Made by a program: the position numbers and the translations under genes. From positions 1,792,001 through 1,856,000 of the forward strand of contig OY771506.1 in assembly GCA_963674705.1 (NCBI GenBank): 64,000 nucleotides of DNA. Reading direction: 5' to 3'. Below, in pieces: positions 59,197-64,000 of this stretch; position 1 is the stretch's first letter; each line of letters begins with the position of its first letter. The notes beneath the pieces are model-generated. The model had not been told where the DNA came from and did no database searches. It saw nothing but the letters and a program-made list of their open reading frames with translations. The stretch comes from Phycisphaeraceae bacterium. Its GTDB lineage: Bacteria; Planctomycetota; Phycisphaerae; Phycisphaerales; Phycisphaeraceae.

Positions 59197-59709
59197 ATGA
59201 CGCGTTGGGCAGTACATCACGGCGATATCTTTGATGTGCAGGCTGAAGCATTGATCTGCTCGGCCAATGTGTTTCTCACATTGTCAGGTGGTGTTGGCGG
59301 TGAGTTGTTGCGTCGATACGGCAATACGATGCAGGATCGGTTGAACGCCTATTTAAGCGAGCAAGGTCTTCGGCATGTACCACGCGGAACGGTTGTTGCG
59401 GCAGATGCAAGCGGGACGCCTTACCGTGTGATACTGCACGCGGTCGCGGTCGATGGGATGTATGAATCCAGTCCGGAGGTTGTGGCGGAAGTTATTAGCC
59501 GTGCAACAGCGATGGCTGCGGAGCATGGCGTTACCACCGCAGTGTTACCCGCGCTTGCCACGGGCTATGGCAAGCTGAGTGTGCAAGCGTGTATTCAAGG
59601 AATTCGTCATGCCGCTCAGCAGATAACCGATGTGGCGTGTGTTACCGTCGCGGTTCGTGATTGTGATACGGCAGGTCGTCTACGGGAAGCCATTGCAGAT
59701 TTTGTTTAA
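59197..59709 (+). CDS. Macro domain protein
   Basis: GDIFDVQAEALICSAN...GGVGG, ILHAV, PALATGYG. Confidence 0.88.
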   Translation: MTRWAVHHGDIFDVQAEALICSANVFLTLSGGVGGELLRRYGNTMQDRLNAYLSEQGLRHVPRGTVVAADASGTPYRVILHAVAVDGMYESSPEVVAEVISRATAMAAEHGVTTAVLPALATGYGKLSVQACIQGIRHAAQQITDVACVTVAVRDCDTAGRLREAIADFV

Positions 59710-59815
59710 TCTGAAAACGTAAAAACGAGCCCTATGAATAACTAATGGATTGCTTTATTCAGTATTCGCACAGGGCCGTGCAATGATTTTTCTTGGGGAT
59801 AGGCCCCCTTTCAAG

Positions 59816-60640
59816 TTACTGCGAACCCAGCCACTTTTCGATCAATCGATCGAGTGTGCCGTCGGCACGCATGTCAGTCAGTGCCTGGTTGACTTGGGCG
59901 AGCAGTTCGTCGTTGTCCGGGTGGACGGCCCAGGCGATGGATTCTTGATTTAACAAGTCCGGCGGGCTTGTGAACATTTGTTCGGGGTCTTGCCTGATGA
60001 TCCACGCGACGGCGGGTGCATCGTAAATGACCGCGGAGACTTTGTTTTGTCGTAAGGCTTCGACCGCGTTCGCGAGCGTCGGGTAGTCAACGACCTCTGC
60101 TTGTTTGAAAGCGTCATGTGCGAAGATCGAGCCGGTTGAGCTGTTTTCCGCGCCGATGCGGTTGCCTGCCCGGTCCAAGGTGTCCGCATTGAGGTTGCTG
60201 TCCGTGCGGAAAAGCAGGCGCTGGCCGGCGTTCAGATAAGGCTCGGAGAATGCCATGGTTTCCTGGCGTGTGGCGGTGACGGTCATCCCGGCCATGATGA
60301 TGTCGATACGCTTGCGCCTCAGTTCAAGCGGCAGGTTATCAAAGTAGATGGAAACGATGCGCGGCTGACGTTTGAGTCGTTTTGCCAGTTCATCAGCCAG
60401 ATCGATCTCAAGGCCGACAACTTCACTGTCACTTTTAAATACCAGTGGTGGAGCGGATGCGGCCGTGCCTATACGCAACACCGGTAGCGCATTGTTACCA
60501 GCATCCGGCTTCATTTGAGCATCGCGTGAACCTGTCTGGCAGCCTGATGTGAATAGTAATAAGACGACTGCACAGAACGCTGCTAGAAACAGCTTCACGG
60601 TATGCCTGCACATCATCGACGGTGAATTGTTGTCTGCCAT
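59816..60640 (-). CDS. Amino-acid ABC transporter substrate-binding (lipo)protein
   Basis: Lipobox-like FTSGC; LRIG..APP..GLEIDLA, IDIIMAGMTVT..R..FSEPY, DGTLDRLIEKW. Confidence 0.9.
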   Translation of the reverse strand: MADNNSPSMMCRHTVKLFLAAFCAVVLLLFTSGCQTGSRDAQMKPDAGNNALPVLRIGTAASAPPLVFKSDSEVVGLEIDLADELAKRLKRQPRIVSIYFDNLPLELRRKRIDIIMAGMTVTATRQETMAFSEPYLNAGQRLLFRTDSNLNADTLDRAGNRIGAENSSTGSIFAHDAFKQAEVVDYPTLANAVEALRQNKVSAVIYDAPAVAWIIRQDPEQMFTSPPDLLNQESIAWAVHPDNDELLAQVNQALTDMRADGTLDRLIEKWLGSQ

Positions 60641-61321
60641 CCGACTTCTCCTGCAAGATGCTATGCGAGGTGATGGATCAATCTATGTTCCCGATCGGGG
60701 CGGATCGTTCTCTGAAAGTCAAGCCTTTGATTTGTGTCATACGAAAGGCTGGTAATGCTATTAAGGCACAATCTGGTCAAATATGTTAATCGTCTTCAGG
60801 TCTCAATGCCTCGTGAAACAGCTATCTGATAGGACGTTTTGTTCTCAACGTATCGTTGCCATAGTGCCGAAATCAGGTTTTTAATATCTTATTGATGGTG
60901 AGTTGTGGGATCAAATAGTAGCTCGAGCGGTACAAATTCTCTAGTCAATTCCTTCGATCCCTATAACAGCTGTGAAACTTCAATACAGGCTATCGATCGA
61001 CACGTGTAATGGTCATAAGCACCGCAGTGTCAACCGATCATGCGACAGGCGTGTGATTGCCGAGAGTTGAATCTATCCGGGTGTTGAGCTTCAAGCGCAC
61101 GACATCGGTGAATCCAGCGATGTGGCTGTCAATCGATTGCCATCTTATTGGCATCACAAGCAGGGCCTGCTGTCAGTGTGAAAAATGAACCATAACTCCT
61201 CATTCGCCTGGAAATACGCCTTTTCGGGCATTGATTCACACCCGGGCGGGTCAACTTGCATTGATTATCTGCCAATCAAGATTAGAATGGAGCATCACAT
61301 CGAACCTCAGGCGGCCAAACA

Positions 61322-62488
61322 ATGGATGGTATACGAACCATTCCGAGCGAGCGATTCAAACCGGGTGGATGGTTATTGGTGACGGCCAGTTTCATCGGGT
61401 TGTTGGTTGCTGTGTGTCAGGGCCAGGTCGTAGAGATACGTTATGGCGTAATCGATCCGCCGGTCGTCGCCCAGCAGGACATTACGATGAACCTGCTTAC
61501 GTCGATCCACCCGCAGGACCCGGAGCCCAAACCGTTGGAGTGTTCCAGCGTCGCGTGGGCGGGCGATCGGATGGTGATGGCCAGTGACCGACACAGCCAT
61601 GTCATCCTGACTTTAACCACGGATCTAACCGGCGGCCAGATAGTCATTGGATCACCCGAAGCACAGGTGGTGGTTGACAACGAAAAGCTTTTGCTGATGG
61701 ATGCCGAAGCCATGGCGGTCAGGCCGGCTGCCGGTGGTGGGCACGAAGTGTTGGTGGTCTGTTCGTTGAGCAATGATGTTGATGGAACCCACCGGATCAA
61801 GCGAGAGCACTTGGCGCGTATTTACATGGACGAAACCGGTCGGGTCGATAAACGCAGGGTCAGCGTGATTTCAGGCGACGCGATCCGGACTTCGCTGGAT
61901 GCGCACTTCGATGCGTTGCATGTGTCTCGCTACAGTTCATACAACGTATCACGAAACGAGAACACAGCACGCTGGGGTAACGTGGAGGGTATTTGCTGGA
62001 CACCGGATCGGCGCGCGCTCTTGTGTGGTTTGCGCAATCCTCAAGCCGATGAAGACGCATTGCTGTTTGTGCTTGAAGGTGTTGAAAAAGCGTTTGATGC
62101 CAATGATTCGCAGTTATTGCAGGTTACAGACCTTTTCCGGCTAGACCTGGGCGGGCGGGGCGTGACGGACCTGACTTGGGACCCGGTGACCAGCGGGTAC
62201 CTGATTACCGCAGCGTTGAGTAACGGCCCCAAACTTGGCGACGAGCAGGCGTACCCCTTGGTAAATCTCGACTCAGCCCTGTACTGGTGGAGTGGTAACA
62301 AGCAGGACTCCCCAAAACTGGTTGCGCGGGTCCGGGACCTGAATGTCGACAGTGTGTGCCGTATCGATTCCACCGACTTTATCGCGCTGGTTTCAGATGA
62401 AGGCGACGTTAGTGAGGAACGTCGTGGCAGGCAAAGCGTGCTGACGCTGATGTACTTCCGGGGTCTGACGCCGGAGGCTGAACCTTGA
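61322..62488 (+). CDS. Exported hypothetical protein (DUF3616/phytase-like beta-propeller)
   Basis: Signal-like N-terminus; DAEAM, NVEGICW..GLRNP, LDLGGRGVTDL, VSDEG. Confidence 0.7.
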   Translation: MDGIRTIPSERFKPGGWLLVTASFIGLLVAVCQGQVVEIRYGVIDPPVVAQQDITMNLLTSIHPQDPEPKPLECSSVAWAGDRMVMASDRHSHVILTLTTDLTGGQIVIGSPEAQVVVDNEKLLLMDAEAMAVRPAAGGGHEVLVVCSLSNDVDGTHRIKREHLARIYMDETGRVDKRRVSVISGDAIRTSLDAHFDALHVSRYSSYNVSRNENTARWGNVEGICWTPDRRALLCGLRNPQADEDALLFVLEGVEKAFDANDSQLLQVTDLFRLDLGGRGVTDLTWDPVTSGYLITAALSNGPKLGDEQAYPLVNLDSALYWWSGNKQDSPKLVARVRDLNVDSVCRIDSTDFIALVSDEGDVSEERRGRQSVLTLMYFRGLTPEAEP

Positions 62489-64000
62489 TCGATCCTGATT
62501 CTCATGAAATCGGATTAGCCGACTCTAAGGAGTTCAGTGAGTCCTTGTTGGACCTTGATCCAGAGGAGACGGCTCTCTGTGGGCCGGACGATCAGACGCG
62601 CGTGATCGGTGTGGACGAGGGTGTGCATAAATGGATCGGCAAGAAACTGGGACACTTCAAACTCATGCGGCCGTTAGGCGAAGGCGGAATGGGCATGGTC
62701 GTGCAGGCGATGGACACCAACCTCGACCGGATTGTTGCGTTGAAGGTTCTTCGCAAGCGCATCAAGGGCATGGATGACGATCGTAGTGTCCGGCAGTTTC
62801 TGCGCGAGGCTCGTGCAGCGGCTAAACTCGACCACCCCAATGCCGCGCATATCTATGAGATCAACGAGCACATGGGCTGGTGGTACATCGCCAGCGAGAT
62901 GATCGAAGGCGGGACGCTCGAACAGGTTGTCAAATCAGCGGGCAAACTGCCACCGGCCGCGGCCTGCCCGTTGATTGCCGACGCGGCATCACTTCTGACA
63001 GTTGCACACCGGCTTAACATTATCCACCGCGACATCAAGCCTCATAACCTGATGCTCACGCGCGACGGCCGATGCAAGGTGGTCGACTTCGGGCTGGTCC
63101 GTTGGGAAGACCCCAACGACCCGTTCGACTTCACACGCCGGGCGGTGGGCACGCCGCATTACCTGCCGCCAGAAGCCGAGCCCGGATGCGAGCCCACCGG
63201 CGCCTACGACATCTATTCACTCGGGGCGACCCTTTACTACGCGCTGACCGGCCAGCCGCCGTTCAAAGGCACGAAACTCAAGGAAATCATCGACCAACAC
63301 CGTCATGCGCCCCGGCCCGATCCACGCGATCACAACCCGGAGTGTTCTGAACGATTGGCCCTGCTGGTGCAAAGGACGTTGGCCATCGATCCGGATAAAC
63401 GCCCGACCGCGGCCGACCTTGCCGCGGCGCTACGTTTGGAAAACATAGGACTGGCGGTTGATCCTGCCTCGCTGGTGATCAATCCACACGCCGCTGCCAG
63501 AGCAGCTGCGGAAAATCGCTCCGGCCTCACAGGACTCAGCGGAGCGCTGACCAGCTCATCCACTCAACGCACACACATGCTCTCGAGCAGCGGCCAGACG
63601 CTTGTGCTCACCCCAGCCAAAACGCTGATATGGGTCTGGATCGTCCGCATCGCCGCCGTGTTGTTGATCCTGTCTGTGGTGGCGGCTGTAGGTAAGTGGG
63701 CCGTGGATAGCTACCGGCAATCCAAGACAAACATCCAGGCCCTTCCTGTCGAGGCTTTTTCTGAACGCTTCCCCGATGCACCGGAATCTTACGGGACGAG
63801 GCCGTCCGGACAGATCGCTACAGCGCCGACGCAACTCAAGCCGCCGGCCTTCAGTTGGGTCGGCCGTGTTGATCCCGGCGACAACCGCTTTGTGTCCAGC
63901 CAACTCGGGCAAACAGCCTATCCGTTGGATCATCCATTAGCCAGCCTGATCCCCGCAGAGCAAGTCGAATTCTACGCTGATGCTTCGGCCCTGCGGGCTG
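62485..64000 (+). CDS. Membrane Ser/Thr protein kinase, runs off the window edge (absent from the ORF track)
   Basis: Manual translation: LGEGGMG, VALKVL, FLREARAAA, IHRDIKPHN, DFGL, GTPHYLPPE, DIYSLG; TM segment near 63625-63700; probable TTG start at 62485 after GGAGG. Confidence 0.92.
   Translation, partial: MIDPDSHEIGLADSKEFSESLLDLDPEETALCGPDDQTRVIGVDEGVHKWIGKKLGHFKLMRPLGEGGMGMVVQAMDTNLDRIVALKVLRKRIKGMDDDRSVRQFLREARAAAKLDHPNAAHIYEINEHMGWWYIASEMIEGGTLEQVVKSAGKLPPAAACPLIADAASLLTVAHRLNIIHRDIKPHNLMLTRDGRCKVVDFGLVRWEDPNDPFDFTRRAVGTPHYLPPEAEPGCEPTGAYDIYSLGATLYYALTGQPPFKGTKLKEIIDQHRHAPRPDPRDHNPECSERLALLVQRTLAIDPDKRPTAADLAAALRLENIGLAVDPASLVINPHAAARAAAENRSGLTGLSGALTSSSTQRTHMLSSSGQTLVLTPAKTLIWVWIVRIAAVLLILSVVAAVGKWAVDSYRQSKTNIQALPVEAFSERFPDAPESYGTRPSGQIATAPTQLKPPAFSWVGRVDPGDNRFVSSQLGQTAYPLDHPLASLIPAEQVEFYADASALRA

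Overview
GC-rich bacterial chromosomal window. Gene content (prepilin-type protein, many PEP-CTERM proteins, Ser/Thr kinase, sigma-54 regulator) suggests a planctomycete, probably Phycisphaerae-like; this is an inference. In order: parB with two perfect parS palindromes, a sensorless histidine kinase, two PEP-CTERM genes, a solitary mraZ and a complete IS element. A ~18.6 kb selenium island (11.0-29.7 kb) follows, with selA, selB, a three-domain selD, tRNA-Sec, a methyltransferase/double-cubane-type reductase/ATP-dependent activator operon and a membrane 4Fe-4S protein. After it come a probably sigma-54-controlled array of six PEP-CTERM genes, GH27 and GH2 glycosidases, a ynbABC-like lipid operon, an NrtR-controlled NAD-salvage/ADP-ribose-processing cluster, an ABC substrate-binding protein and a truncated Ser/Thr kinase. 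Main result: two paralogous exported proteins interleaved with the sel genes both 'stop' at TGA in an identical EYG-(TGA)-GG[T/I]CS[L/H]SWR[E/V]P context. Each has a covarying hairpin at the same offset after the TGA, making them candidate members of an unannotated secreted selenoprotein family. Two weaker UGA-readthrough candidates lie at 8482-9672 and just downstream of tRNA-Sec. Intergenic DNA is rich in palindromic repeat families: one copy lies in frame inside a gene, one was hit by the IS, and one brackets a whole gene. All assignments come from reading the sequence; no database searches were run.
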